Shown: piece after piece, positions 14,836 through 29,060 of the stretch | Numbering within the stretch: position 1 is the first letter of the stretch | Layout: the number at the start of each line of letters is the position of its first letter | Source of the DNA: Vicugna vicugna | Taxonomy: Eukaryota | Direction of reading: 5' to 3' | DNA length: 64,000 nt | NCBI GenBank assembly: GCA_013265495.1 | Contig: MU058793.1 | Location: 312,001 to 376,000 of the forward strand | The notes under the pieces: model-generated | Seen by the model: only the letters and a program-made list of their open reading frames with translations | Databases searched by the model: none | Told to the model about the DNA's origin: nothing | Program-made: the position numbers and the translations under genes

Positions 14836-15600
14836 TTAGAAGAACTGGGAAGATGTAGACAGATGCATTACTGAACAGGCTATACAGATCAGTAATAGGC
14901 ACACACACAGATGCTCAGTGTCATTAACCAATAAAGAAATGCAAGTTAAAACCTCAACTATTAGAATAGCTAAAACTAAAATATAACTGAAAATATCAAG
15001 TCCTGGTGAGGATGTCAAGACACTCTGGAAAATGTTTGGGCAGCTTCCTATAAAGTTAAACAGACACCTCTCATATGACCCAGCCATTCTACTCCAAGGA
15101 TTCGCCCAAGAAAAATGAAAGCATATATCCAAGAAAGGATCGATCATGTGAATGCTCATTCCTATTGCAATTTATTTGTAAAAGCTGAAATCTGAAAGCA
15201 ACACAAGTGTTCTTTGGTGCACAAATGAATAAACGATGATACATTCTTATGATAGAATACTCTTCAGCCATAAAAACGAATGCTTTACTAATAAACATGA
15301 CAACATGGATTAAACACAAAGGCATTAATGCTGAGCAAAAAACAAATCTCAAAACATTACATTTATATGTTTCTATTGATATGACATTCTAAAAAAGGCA
15401 AAAGTATTGGGATGTAGAACAGATCAGTGGTTGCTGAGGGTGGAGGGAGTATTTGGCTGCAAGAGGGCATTGCAAGGGGCTTTTGGGAGGGTAATGGAAT
15501 CCTAACAGTGGTAGTGATTACACGAATCCATGAATGTGTTAAAAACTCAACACCCTCATACACACACATTTAAAAATCGCACACAAAAAAAGGAAAACTA
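14836..15600 (+). mobile_element. old LINE-1 3' end (L1ME-like)
   Basis: ORF2 C-terminal remnants (aaatgcaagttaaaac, catatgacccagccattctactc, gaatactcttcagccataaaaacgaa) and 3' UTR. Confidence 0.75.
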
Positions 15601-16829
15601 AAGTAAATGGTACAGGATCAATAACCCAAAACTTCAGAAGATGCCAACATGGTATCCTCTTCTTAATGAGATTTATGATCTAGCTAAAAAGACAAAATTA
15701 GCAAATTCTAGGGAGCTATTACTAAAAATAATACTAATTCCTGTTGTTTGTCAAGCATTTAGCACATGCCAGGCCCTTTATTGATGCCTTCTACCATCTA
15801 ATCTCCCCAACAATATTATGAGGCACAGAAATGTTGTCAAAGCCAGGAATGACTCCAATGGCCAGGCTACCTGGCACATAAAAGCCAGAATGATAGGACA
15901 GTTTCCTTCTCTTTAGAGTCTCTAAGAAATCAGAGTTCCAGGAACGTAGTGGCATGCCATTTATCACAACTGGTTTGTTACTTATGAAGATGTGGGGATT
16001 TTTTTTAATGCATATTCCTTATCATGGCAACATAACCGTCTCAGCAAGAACTTAAGCGATGGTTCATATGCGCTCATCATTTCTTGCTGCCATGTGGTAC
16101 CCGACACCAAACGGCTCCTGATCTAAATAGAAATTGTTGGCAACTTCTCCCCATGAGGAAATGAGAGGTAACTGTCTAGTCTGAATAATTAGATTGTGTC
16201 AATCAGAAAGGTAGTTAAGGCACAGCCAGGACTGCAGAAACTTCCCTATAAAGGAAAAATATTGTCAATACACTAGAAGCTGGAGACTATAAATGTTACT
16301 AAACCCTGAATGCACACTTTGTGCAGCATTTACAGTGATCACTAACTTTCAGCATCATTAAAAAGCAGGTATTTTCTAGGAAACAAGACTCCCCAGGTCT
16401 GTTTGGAGGAGATCTAGGATTCTGGTTTTCATGCTCCTGACCAGAAACTCCTCCCAATACCAGTTTGTTTAACAAGTGAAGAACCAACAACCTTAGCTGG
16501 CCCTTAAAGCCTTACCTATCTTACCTTCTCTGGTCCACAGAGCAGAAAACTCAGCCATCATCTTGCCAAGTTTTATTTCATACAATCTCAGCCACCAGGG
16601 GGTTGTTGGCTTTCCCAGTTCTACCCTTTCTGGGGAAGAACTCTTATTGGCTCCTCCTTGGTCAGATGACCATGCTTAGACCAACCAGCTGTGACCAATG
16701 AGGCAGACACAGCTATGAAACTAGATGGAAGTGGAGCAAAAAGACAAAGCAGTATTTCCAATCCAAAGAAAGTCCTTTTTGACCACCCCCAGGGCTCTGC
16801 CCCTCCTCTGAACTCTGCAATAAAAGCTA

Positions 16830-17030
16830 GTATTTACTGAAAACTTGTTGTGAACTAAGATCTTTACACCATTTTCACGTAATGCTCCATGAGGTAAGCA
16901 TTATTATGCCTATTTGGTAACTGAGACAATTGAAGCATATAGAGGTTATATACCTTGCCCAAGATTACAGAGTTCACAAGTGGTAGAACCAGGGCCTGGG
17001 CTGTGATCATAGTGCATTATTTCTAATTTC
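16830..17030 (-). mobile_element. MIR SINE
   Basis: MIR core (attattatgcc...ttgaagcatatagaggtta...cttgcccaagattacag). Confidence 0.6.
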
Positions 17031-18439
17031 CGGAATATGTACTATCTGATCAACTCTTTTGGTACTAATATGCCTCGAAGGATGTTTATCATTTCACACT
17101 TAATTCCCATCTTCCCAGCTAAACTCGGGGTGGAAGCCAGGTCTTCTCACTCTCTATATACATCTTAGCCTTGGACATACCCTGCAGTCAAGGCCCAGGA
17201 GTGCCAGGGCCCCAGGTGACATGTGATCAGTGTGCCTGCCAAGGAAGGGACAGATGGCTCTGCTAAATGGTGAAATCAAGTCCCTGCCACTGTAATGGCA
17301 ATAAGCATTCCACATAAAATAATTACTTCCAGTTTGCTTGGCAGGTTGGACGAAGTCCGAGGGAAGGTTAATTTATCTTTCACAGCTTTGAGCCTTCAAG
17401 CTGTGGTTCCCCAAATGAAAAGGGACTCTCTTCAATGATTCTTTGCAAGATCCATTTAGTCATGACAGAATTACCTCCTCATCACTGCGTGGCAAAGTCT
17501 ATTTGGAGTCCACTTGCCAGTGAGGGGCCAGAATGGAGGGAATTACTTAAGTCACATGGAGATTTAAGTCTATAGCAAAAGTCTGTGGTACACCAATAAG
17601 TACTAAAATAGCTTCAAGTTCTAGATGCCAGTTAGCTGTACCATGTGAAATCTGTGCAATGATCTTCTCATCTAAGGAATGGGTACAATCATACACGGCC
17701 AATCTGTTTAAGGAAGATGAGAATATTATATGAAACAAAGTTCACCAAATAAAATTTAGAATGGTTAAAGGTGCTTAGAGACTTGCATGAACAGAATCCA
17801 GGCGTTGATGGAGCCTTTTAATCTAAGCTCAAATGGCAGAGCTTCCTATCTTTCCTTATTGCTGCTTCTACTCTTCTTCATCTCTGTTTTCTGTCTGTTA
17901 AAGTTCTTGCACGGGGAGGGGAGGTCAGAAGAGCCATTGTCTCCAATAGACAAATACCTACTCCCATTGAATGCCAAAGATCTAATCTTGATAAGAATTT
18001 GGGGTCATCATGATGAATATCTGATCCGATTCAATCCAATCTCTCTTTCAGAGAAACTTGGTTTGCTAATGCAATCCCTGGTGGCCAAAGCAAAGACAGG
18101 GCAAGGATTTCACCCGAGAGTGCCATATATGTTGCCCCAAAGAGACGCTAATTCCCAATTCAGTCTTGCCTACTCAATCTAGTCAGAAACTACTCCCTAG
18201 TAGTAGCAAAGAAGATAATTTCACACACTGGGAAGAGAAACACAGAATGGTAAATGTTTTGAGATTTGTCAGTGGTGGAAGACATCCAATATTTTTTTCT
18301 AAAAGAATACAGAAACAGTCAATCACAAAAGTGAAAAAGAAAAAAGCAAAAATATTTTGGTTGACTTGGAAAATGACTTTAATTACTGATTATATTTTTG
18401 GGCAACATGTGTTCTTTGAGTCTCCCTAGTAGCCATCGT

Positions 18440-19420
18440 CCCTTCTACTGTTAGAGCCATTTGTGTGTAACTTCCCTTCCCATTCTCTAAGACCATGTCG
18501 TTTTCTGGATTTAGAATTCATGGTTGACATTTATTTTATTTCAATATTTTTAAAATGTCATGACATTTTTCTTGCTTCCATGGTTTCAAATAACAAATCC
18601 ACCGCCATTCAACTTGGTGTTCCCCTATAAGCTATGCATTGTTTCTCTGTGACTGCCTTCAAGATATTTACTTTTTCTTTAGTTTTCAGAAGTTTAATTA
18701 TGGTTTTGGCATGGACTTCTTTGCATTTATCTGTACTTATCCCATTTGAGATTCACTCAGTTTCTTGAATATGTAGGTTCATGACTTTTGCCAAATTTAG
18801 AAAGTTTTCTATTACTGTTTCTTTGACTATTTCAATACAATTCTATCTTTCCTCTTTTTCTGGGACTCCGATGATACAAACGTCAGCTCTTTCTTGTTCC
18901 ACAGTTTCCTGAGACCCTGTTCATTTTTCTTTCAGTCTACTTTCTCTCTATTGTTTAAATTGGGTAAACTCTATTATTCTGTCCTCAAGTTTACTGATTC
19001 TATCCTCTGTGATCTCCGCTCTACATTGAGCCCATCCAGTGAATTTTTTATTTTACTGATTTTATTTTTCAGTTCTGTAATTTCCATTTTGTTTTTTTAT
19101 AACAGCTGTTTTTTGTTGAGATTTCATATTTTTTGATTTGTGCCAAGAGAAGTCATAATTGCTATTGAAGCATTTTTAAGATGGTTACTTTAAAAATCCT
19201 TGTCAGATAATTCTGGTTTATCATAGTATTGGCATCGATTGATTGGTTATCTTTTCCCACTCAGGTTGTGATTTTTCTTGTTCTTGGTATGAGCAGTGAT
19301 TTTTTTAAATTGTATTCTGAGAAATTTGGATATTATATTATGAGGCTCTATATTCTATTTAATCCACTTTCTTTTTTAAAGCAGGAAGCCCTCCTGTTGC
19401 AATACAGTATGAGGGCTGAG
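18440..19420 (-). mobile_element. old LINE-1 fragment (ORF1 region, antisense)
   Basis: T-rich strand with L1M ORF1 antisense text (ttgttccacagtttcctgagaccctgttcattt; tgagcccatccagtgaatt). Confidence 0.75.
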
Positions 19421-20504
19421 CAAAATGGAAATAATGAAAGTATATACCCTATAGGATTATTTCAAGCATTTAATGAAGTAAGTATATAAACCAATGGGTA
19501 TGTTGTGAATTCTCACTAAATGTAGGCAATAATTGATATAATTGAATAACCAGTAATGGTTGTTAATGGCAGGACAATGTCTTCTACTCTTCTTTTATTT
19601 TTCATAGGACTGAATTCATGTTAGGTCCCTAATAAATATACCAGCACCGACCAATGTATCAAGAAGGAGCATATGAAGCTTGCTAACTCAATTTCCTATC
19701 CCACAACAATACTTGCTTTAATGTAAAGATTAGAGCTGGCTGACCAACTGCATTCTCACCATCTGCTATGACACAACATAACATTTCTCTCTCTTCTATG
19801 TCTGTCTCTCTAGGGATTCCTGTATCAAAAGGGATTTCCCATGGGACTGACGTCCTTACAGCTGCACAGAATGAAAACTCTTCATCCACAATTATGTGCA
19901 GACACTTCCCTCCCTCCTCTAGTCCACTAGTTTCCTATTGCTACTTGTTAAAAATACCTCCAATAGAACCTGGATTCAAGAAATAAAAGTATGAGGAATG
20001 GAGAGCAGAAAATTGTCTGATGACTCTGATATCAATAGTATATTTACGGACTCAGGTTTTTCAAGACAGTTAAATGAAGAGAAATGCCGGCAGATTAATG
20101 GCACTCTGCACTGACACACATAGTAAGAATCATTCCTGCCAAGTTGACAGAACCTCAAGCAAAGAAGGGGCTCTAAAGTGAGTTTATCTGAGGGCAACCA
20201 TGTTGAAAGAGCTTCTCTTGTTCCAAATGCTAATTGTCAACATTATTGGAAAAAAATGGCCTTATATTCACATTTATCTCAGTCACCACTATTTAGTTAG
20301 AACTTTCAATCCACTTTGAGTTCAGTATATCTAAATAAGTATTAGTATATCTAAAATGATACTTTTGTCTCATGATCCTTGAGATAGCAAAGAATTTCTT
20401 TTGCTTCTACACTAACCTCCCATCAATCTATTTCGTGGAGTGTGGCAGTTTATTTAGTCCCATTCCCACACCATTCTGTGATGCCTTTATTACCCTAGAG
20501 TAGG

Positions 20505-20725
20505 ACATCTTAATGAGAGGCAGTTTTGCCCCCCAGGGGCTATTGGCAATAACTGGAAACAATTTTTGTTGTATCACTGGAGGAGAGAGGAGAGATGTAG
20601 GCCTGTGCTACTGGCATCCAGTATATAGAGGCCAGGGATGTTGCTAAATGTCCTATCATGTGCAAGATTCTCCCCATCACCAAACAAAGTATCTAGTCTA
20701 AAATGTCAATAGAATCAAAATTGTG
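20505..20725 (+). mobile_element. MER20-like hAT-Charlie DNA transposon
   Basis: cagttttgccccccagggg...tgctactggcatccagt..agaggccagggatgttgctaaa...aaaatgtcaatag. Confidence 0.75.
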
Positions 20726-21309
20726 CAGGAGGGAGGGTATAGCTCAGGGTACAACTCAGCTAGAGTTCCAAGAGTACTCAGCTGGAAAGCAGAAGATCCA
20801 TGAGGCCACAGTTGTAAAGTCCTCCCACAAGCTGACTGGAAGAGGTGTTTAGTTTTTCTGCCAAGGCTGTGATGCTAGTTCTGCTTTCTGAGTGTCAAGT
20901 GTTAGACAGAAGCATCAAGGTTTTCACTGGGAGTATCCCACATGTGATTGGCTTTTCTCTTGGCTCCTCTGCTTCTAGCTGTGTAGTGTTCAATTTTCTT
21001 TCTCTGGCTCTCCTAGAAATTCTTGTGAGTGACTTAATGACCTGTCATAAATCCTTTTCTGTTTAAACTAGCAGGAGTGCATTATTTTGTCTGCAATTAA
21101 AGACTGTAAGTAATACAGTCAATGATTATAGGTAATCAATCTTCAAGAAAATGGGGAATATGAGATTGATTAGGACCTAGTTGAGTTTGAAATCAATGCA
21201 GATCCAGTTAGCATTAGAAGATGGGACTTTTGTAAGCTGTTGGAGGATTAAGTGGCTGCTGCTATGGACTATTACAAGGCACAAGGAATAAAAAGATGGG
21301 AAGTGAATT

Positions 21310-21800
21310 GATACGGTGGATGAAAGATGGTCACAAATTCTCTGACTTACCCATCTGTTCCCTCCCTCCCTTGAACTTCAGTTGTCACTGTTATTGGATT
21401 CAATGATTAGAAATGTAGCAAAATTAACCCTGTATAACATCAGAGGCTGGACCTTAGATCTGCGATATCTGCCTTTGCCTCTTAGAACATTCCCTTTTGG
21501 GATGCAGCCACCATGTGTGGGGAAACCCAAGCAACCACAAAGAAAAGGTACAGGAAGTAGAACCAAGGTGTCCTCAGCTGACAACCCTGGCTGAGTCTTC
21601 AACCAACATTTATCTACTGCTAGCCATTTTTGTCATCTATCTTGACTATTCCAGCCCCCGGTGACCCTGATTGTTGTCCCAGTAGTCAACACTACATCCA
21701 GTCAATCCTCAAAACTGTGAGTGAGAAATAATAATGGGTTATTGTTGTAAGCCACTAAACTTTTGGAGTGTTTTGTGGCACAGTGATAGATTACCACAAT
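21310..21800 (+). mobile_element. MaLR solo LTR (MLT1) inserted in the ERVL internal region
   Basis: aaagatggtcacaaattct...gcagccaccatgtgtggggaaacccaagc...ttgttgtaagccactaaacttttggagtgttttgt. Confidence 0.75.
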
Positions 21801-22049
21801 GGTTGGCTAATTCTAACTGCACTAGCAAGTTTAAATAATAAAATAACAAATTCAAGATTTAAATTCTCTATTTAAGGCATACTTAGAGAATCACAGTTTC
21901 TGTGACTCACCTAAAAGATGGTGGCTACAAAAGTATGATGCCAGGTCTGATCCTAGGGGTTTCTCAAACTTCAACATAGATTGATCAAACAGCCTCATTG
22001 GATTTCTTGTGTACAAATTAGAGAAATGATTCGAAAAGAACAGGATGTT

Positions 22050-22998
22050 CTGGATATATGCCCAGGAGCGGGGTTCCTGGGTCATATGGTAAGACTATTC
22101 CTAGTCTTTTGAGGAATCTCCATACTGTTTTCCAGAGTGGCTGCATCAAACTGCATTCCTAACAGCAGTGTAGAAGGGTTCCCTTTTCTCCACAGCCTCT
22201 CCAGCACTTGTCATTTGTGGATTTTTGAATGATGGCTATTCTGACTGGTGTGAGGTGATACTTCATGGTAGTTTCGATTTGCATTTCTCTGATAATTAGT
22301 GATATTGAAGATTTTTTCATTGTGCTGTTAATCATTTGTATTTCCTCCTTGGAGAATTGCTTGTTTGGGTCTTTTGCCCATTTTTGGATTGGGTTGTTTG
22401 GAACCCTACTTCAAAATGACACCTGCACCCCCATGTTCATAGCAGCACTATTTACAATAGCCAAGACATGGAAACAGCCTAAATGTCAGTCAACAGATGA
22501 CTGGATAAAGAAGATTTGGTATATTTATATGATGGAATACTATTCAGCCATAAAAATGACAACATAATGCCATTTGCAGCAACATGGATGTTCCTGGAGA
22601 ATGTCATTCTAAGTGAAATAAGCCAGAAAGAGGAAGAAAAATACCATATGAGATTGCTCATATGTGGAATATAAAAATACATACATACATACAAAACAGA
22701 AACAGACTCATAGACACAGAATACAAACTTGTGGTTGCCAAGGGGGCGGGGGTGGGAAGGGATAGACTGGGAGNNNNNNNNNNNNNNNNNNNNNNNNNNN
22801 NNNNNNNNNNNNNNNNNNNNNNNNNNNNNNNNNNNNNNNNNNNNNNNNNNNNNNNNNNNNNNNNNNNNNNNNNNNNNNNNNNAAAAATGTGAAATATATA
22901 AATATGTTTATGTATAACTGAAAAATTGTATTCTACACTGGAATTTGACACAACATTATAAAATAATTATAACTCAATTTAAAATGTTTTCGAAAAAA
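22050..22998 (+). mobile_element. young LINE-1 with 5' inversion (twin priming)
   Basis: 22050-~22400 is L1 ORF2 antisense; ~22401-22998 is L1 sense through to the A tail. 17-bp TSD gaaaagaacaggatgtt at 22033-22049 and 22999-23015. Same subfamily as 347-816. Confidence 0.92.
22774..22882. other. assembly gap (109 N)
   Basis: Run of n inside the L1 3' UTR. Confidence 0.99.
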
Positions 22999-25900
22999 GA
23001 AAAGAACAGGATGTTGAGAAGAAGAATGGTGACAGTTGAGAGGATGTGAATGCTTCTGAGGATCTATAACTTTTTAAATCTGACCTTCCATTGCCAACAG
23101 AAGCAGCCCCTCTTTTGCTGTCTAATGAAGCTGGCCCTGCCTGCTAAAACAACCAAAAAAAAAAGGCATCACCTAAGGTAGTTACTATCACAGAAATCCA
23201 ACGATGCTCTTGACTCAATGTACTATCTCTCAGAGGCTCCAGGCTTAAAACTAGAGTGAGAGCCCAACCTTCCCTGGGACATCAGTTACAGAGTAAAACC
23301 AGAAAAGACGGGGGGTATGCTAAAAGAACTACAAGATTTTGCTAAATTATGTCAGCACAACCCAGGAAACATATGTGGGATTAAAGAGTAGGTAACATAA
23401 CCGTGAATAAGGCTGAATTTAGTGATATGGGTTTATTCAGGATACTGAAATCAATGGGCTCATTCAGGCAGCTGGGAGTAGTTCCAAATGGTTAGAAGTC
23501 TTGACTCTGTGCTGGCCTACTGTAAATAAAGTCAATATTCATGAAATTCCTTGGTATAATGAAGATGACAAAGATGCAGGGAGAAAGGATGTTGGAGTAG
23601 ATTTTTTATATTCCATTCATCCACCCACCTTTGACAGGGTTCAAAAACACTCCCTTACCAAAGCATTGAGAAATGCACTGATGATAGGAGTGGTAGAATC
23701 TTTGAAAAACAGTGGCTATACTCTAAGCAAGAAGTAAAGATGCAAGATGCTGACATTGAAAAGGGCCTTCTGATTTCAGTGGGATTGAGCCAGTGGAAAA
23801 GTGAGAATGATTACCGTAATAGGCAGCATGGCTGGAAGGATGATCAGAATGGTTTAACCCATAAAGATCTGTCATGGGGTCCTTAAGACAGTTAACTAAG
23901 GTCCCACTTAAACTATATAATCAAAAAACTCTAGATCTGGTAAATAAAAGCTTGACTTGCGTCAACATGGAAGAGGATCATGGTTCTGACCCAACTGAAT
24001 TGACCCAGAATCCCTTGAACAGAAGGAGAATCTTAGTACCCCTGAGAAAGGAGCCTGCAATAGTATCACAAGTGTATTATTTCCTTCCCCAAAGGAAACT
24101 GTGACTCTTTGCCATTATAACTGTGCAGTGGGTAAGGGGAGATACACAGACTTTTGTGACATCATTGGACCGAATTATTCTGAATTATTACTAATTTCTG
24201 GGACCTCACAACACAACTGTGGACCAAGGGTTGGAGTGGGGCTTGTAGAGTTTAGGCCTCAGTCATCTAAGAGTAGGTTCAATGGATACAAAAAACCATG
24301 TTGGTTATTTCACCAGTTCCTGAGTTCATAGTAGGAATTTTCTCACACCTATGGAGTGAGAGGTTGACGAGAAAAAGATTGAAGGGAAGCTCCTACAGCT
24401 GTCTTTCATACAAAAACAGTAAACCCAAAACAATACTAATCCCAACAGGAATACAAAAATTAGTGCCACCAGCCAAGTCTTGGAAGATCAACCCTATCAC
24501 AATCCCATTTGGCATGCCTATTTAATCTGTTGCAGAAGTTGGATGGATCTTGGAGAATTACCGTGGCTTATTCTGAGGGTAGTTAGGTGTTGGCTTCAAT
24601 GGCAGCTACTATTCCAGATGTAGTCTTCTTAGTGGAGCAAATCAATACAGCCTCTGGCATCCAGTGTGCAGCTATTGATCTGTCTAATGCATTTTTCTCT
24701 ATCCCCATTAACAGAAAATATCAAAAGTAATTATTAAGTAACACATAAGGCCACCAATTTAGAGAAAGAGAGTAAGAGAAGGCTCTCCAGCTGGACCAGC
24801 TCAGCCAGTTGGCCTTTATGATACCTCAGATCCAATGGTGTTTGATTTGTGATTGATCCAGGCACTGTAAGAGACTTGAGGCAAGAAATGTTAGGAGAAT
24901 TCTAGTTGCAGCCCTTAGGGTTCACAGTAAAGCCATGCTTTTTTTTTTCTTCAGAAAAAGCATGTTCTTTTCTCCTTTGAAGAAACAGCTCTTTCTCAAA
25001 GTACCTAAATGCCAGGAAGCTGTGAAAATTGAACTGGCCATCATAAAGTGGAAGTTGTCTGATTTACCAAACCATAAAGTCAGGCAGGCCCTGCAGCAGT
25101 CCGTCATCACTGAGATATGGTATATATAGAATTGGGCTTGAGTAGATCTTTAAGGTGTAAGTTATTTGCACTCCCAGCATAGATATTCTTGCCACATTGC
25201 AGTCCCAGGACTCATGAGGAGTCCTCATGATCAGTTGACTGAAGAGGAAAATCAGGCCTGATTTATGGTGCCAGTGAGAAATGGATCGCTGCACCATTTC
25301 AGCCCCCACTCAAGAATGGCCTTAAAGGACAATGGAGAAAGGGAGAATTTTCCAGTAGGTAGGATTTTAAGCAGTCAGTCTTATGATGCGATGTCTAGGC
25401 ATTTGGAAAGAATAAAATTAGAGGACTGGTAACAAGGAGCTTTTAATAAAGGTTGGGTGATTCTAAATGGGCTCAGAATATGAGAGTACTTGTGTCCCAT
25501 GTGAGTGCTCAGAAAAGAACCCCATTATGCAGGAAGTTCTCAATAATCAGTTTGCAAATCATATCCCTGTGGAAGTCTGTCAATTTTTTTTCAGATGCCC
25601 TAGTGAATGGGTTCACGGACAACATGGTCACAGTGGCAAAGACAGAAGTAATGCACAGTTTCAATAATAAAATTAATTCTGGCTATCACCATCACTCAGT
25701 GCACCAGAGTTTTGAATACTGCATCATCTTCTGAGGACCAGACCTATATGGCAGCAACTGATTACACTGGAACCCTTTCTTCATGAAGGGACAGAAATTT
25801 GTTCTTACTGGAGTAAACACTTGTTCTCTATTTGATTTTGTATTCCCTGTTCACCATGTCTCACCTTGTTCACAGTCCCGTCAGGCATAGAATCACTAAA

Positions 25901-28099
25901 TGCTTTGTTTATGATCATAGTATCACACACAACATTGCCTCTTCATTTAACAACAAAAGAAGTAAGGCAGTGCCTATTGTTCATGAGGGTTTACTTGTCT
26001 TTCCATGTACCACATTATCCATAGGAACTGGTCTTACAGAATGATGGAGTGACCTACTGAATTATCAGCTGTTGGAGATAACATCTTGAGAGATCAGATA
26101 ATTGTCCTATAGCATGTAATATACACTCTGAACAACCCAGAGACCAATATTACGGTGCCATTTCTCTCAGAGCCAGAATAGAAGGGAGAAGGAAACACGG
26201 ACAGGACGGTGAGTAGCCTCTCTCACGACCACAACTAATAACCCTTAAAAATTTTCCTTTTTATTTCCATAATTCTGGACTTTGCTGACAAAGTGGTCTT
26301 GATACTTTAGGGCGAAATATTATCTTCCACAAAGGACATGCCTGTTCCATTAAATATGAAGTTGAGACTTCCTGTTGGCCACTTAATGCTCCTCAAAAGA
26401 AAGTGTTGGCTAAGATGATCAGTCCTTACTATGAAGGAAAAAGAGAATCTTTTGCTATATAATGAGAGTGAGGAAAAGTACGAGAGGAACCCCAAGTTTC
26501 CTAGTACTACCATTTCCACTGATAAAACTTTAATGAGAGATGACAGAAACACCAACATTTTCAGTACTAAGGCTCAAACCCCTAGAAATGAATGACCCAG
26601 CAGAGGAACCCCAATAAGAGAATGTGGACTGGGATGCAGAAGAAAGAAGTTTTAAATTTTAACTATGAACTCTTGACACATTGCAGAAACAAAGACTGAA
26701 GAAGCTACCTGTATTTTTCCTTGCTCTAGTGTCTATATATTTATTTATATTAATTAATTTTATTTTCCCTATTGTTTCATATGGTGAGTATTCATAGTAA
26801 TTACCTTTACAAGTCAAATTACAGCTTGCAAGTATCAAGATAGGATTGTGATCAGAAAAATAATGTGGCATCACTCAAAGATGGATGCGATGACTGAGAA
26901 GAATTGGATCTTCCCTTTTGGAAAGGAAGGTGAGCTTTTTTATTGGCTTGTTCAAGAGGTAAGCTTCATTATATTAAGCAAGAGCATGTTACTGATACTC
27001 TTTATTTTCTGGAAGTTTAAGTGGAATAAGAAGAGTAGGCATGCTTTTGAGTAACCTGTGGATTAGAATATGACAGAAAATGCAGAATGGCTCACCTGCT
27101 ACTATTACAAACTCCTTCTTGCATTTCTTCTTCACAGTAGGAGCTACAAAGCTAAAGACAGTATTTCCCAGACTGTCTTGCAGCTATGGTTCTGCAAGTA
27201 GTCTCCCTTCATCAAATAGATCTGTCCGTTTGAAATTAGAAATATGAAGCAAATATCACAAGGCTGAGGACATATGCCTCTTCTGACATGCATAGTGTGT
27301 TTCATTCTTCTGTGGTAGTTGTGTCAGTGTTTCCCACACTCACTCCCTAGCTTCATGGGTGTGGAGCCTAGAGTGGGGACAGATGCAGGGTTCCAGCTGG
27401 AATAACCACTTCGTAGGGTTGGGCATTTCTCCCAGTATGTAGCATCCAAGCTTGATTCCTCAACTCTCCTAGACCTTAAATACCTTGAATCATATATCAG
27501 AGTGGATCTGTTGTGTGCAACTAAATCTCTCATCAGTATAGGGAGAAATGTAAACCTTCAATCAGAATATTTCAGCTTAACTGCCTCTTTCTCTGGAAAG
27601 GCTTACCTCCTCTCTTTTGCACTTAGCTAAATTTTAGGGTTCCTGCTGTGTTCTCTAATTGTTGTTCATTTTTCTCACCACAGTACTTTATACTGTTGTC
27701 CAACTCTTTCCCCCTCCCCTTTTAGAATGAAAATATTCTGATAATAACTTCCTATAATTTACCCATATTCTGGCAAGAGTACATACAGTTTCCTTTAGGA
27801 AACTGTCTTCTCCCCACTCTCAGTCCAGGAGGTTTTTCTATGTGACACAAACTTAGCCAATCAGATTGGCCTTGGCAACAGTGATTGACTCAGGAGTAGA
27901 CTGCGATGCAAAGCCAGATCAATGAACTTTTTTGTTGGAAATGTTACAAACAAGATGCTCTTGCAATGAGATCCCTTAAGTGACAGAATATAGTTTGGAC
28001 ATTCTTGCCATATTAGTATCACTTGAAAAGAAACAGAATAAAACCAACAGAAAGCAGAATTCAGAGATCAATCCTGATGACATTATTTGACCACATCAT

Positions 28100-29060
28100 G
28101 GGAAAAAATCAAGAAGTATGAAGACAATGTAAACATAACTTGAAATCTCACTGCTCAGAGATAATCTCAGTTAACATTTCTATGACCATGCTTTCATATA
28201 TCTCTCAGCAAGAGCAAACATGTATAGTTTTTCATAAATGGAATCATATTATATATACTGTTTTACTGTCAACATTTTTCTTCTTATTCTACAATTTAGT
28301 TTTGTTTACCCCCTTTCCCCTTTTCTTCTCTTCTCACTTTTCATTCCTCCACCCCACCTCCCAGCAACTGATGTTATAGGGCTAGTGTCTTTGTTTCCAT
28401 ACATTTCCTCATTATCAAACAAATATATATATGCATCAATTTGGATATTTAGAATTATATTGTTATTGTTGTTTCTTGCTATTATAAAAATGGCATCATA
28501 CTGTATACGTACCTCTGTATCTAGCTTTTCTCACTTAACAATACATTATGGAAATCCACCCAGGTTAAATGATACAGATTTAAGTCATTATTTTTATTGA
28601 TTACAATCCACATACTGTGAACGAGCCACATTTCATTCAACCATTCCTTTATTGCCTGATATTTGTTCGCTTCATTTTCTTTTTCTCTTCTTTTTTACCC
28701 CACTACAAACAATGCTAAAAGAAAGAAGGTATTACTATACTAGTCTTTTCTTTTCTTTTTTCTTTTTTAGCAGCCATATTCCCAGGAATGGGATTGCAGG
28801 GTCAAAATATCCATGTGTTTCACTTTAAAGGGATGTTGCCAGATTGCATTCCAAGAGGCTACAACAATTCCCATCTCCATCAGCAATACGTGAGTGCCTC
28901 CTTTTCCTTGGCAAATCACCAGAGCTAGGTGATAATGCACTTGAAATGCTTGCATTATATTTTTAATTAGAAATATTGCTGATTAGTAGTGAGGTTGAGC
29001 ATCTTTTCATATGCTTATGGGCCTTTTGGATCCCCTCTTCTCTAAATAACTCTGAGTTGT
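28100..29060 (-). mobile_element. old LINE-1 3' region (L1ME-like), antisense
   Basis: gggattgcagggtcaaaa, tgccagattgcattcca, agtgaggttgagcatcttttcatatgcttatgggcc. Confidence 0.75.

Larger units (their letters stand above)
20830..27530 (+). mobile_element. ancient degraded ERVL-class provirus with LTR33/LTR41-like LTR remnants (~20830-21115 and ~27055-27530)
   Basis: Gag remnants 'AEFSDMG' and 'WPTVNKV' (~23410-23540). RT remnants 'QKLDGSWRITV' (~24530) and 'AAIDLSNAFFSIPI' (~24668-24710). Integrase-like 'WQQLITLEP'/gtaaacacttgttct (~25750-25830). The 3' LTR has agctaaagacagtatttcccagactgtcttgcagcta. No intact ORF. Confidence 0.8.

Noticed and set aside
20728..20750. SINE head ggagggtatagctcag
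   Set aside because: Only ~20 nt match; too short to annotate as an element.
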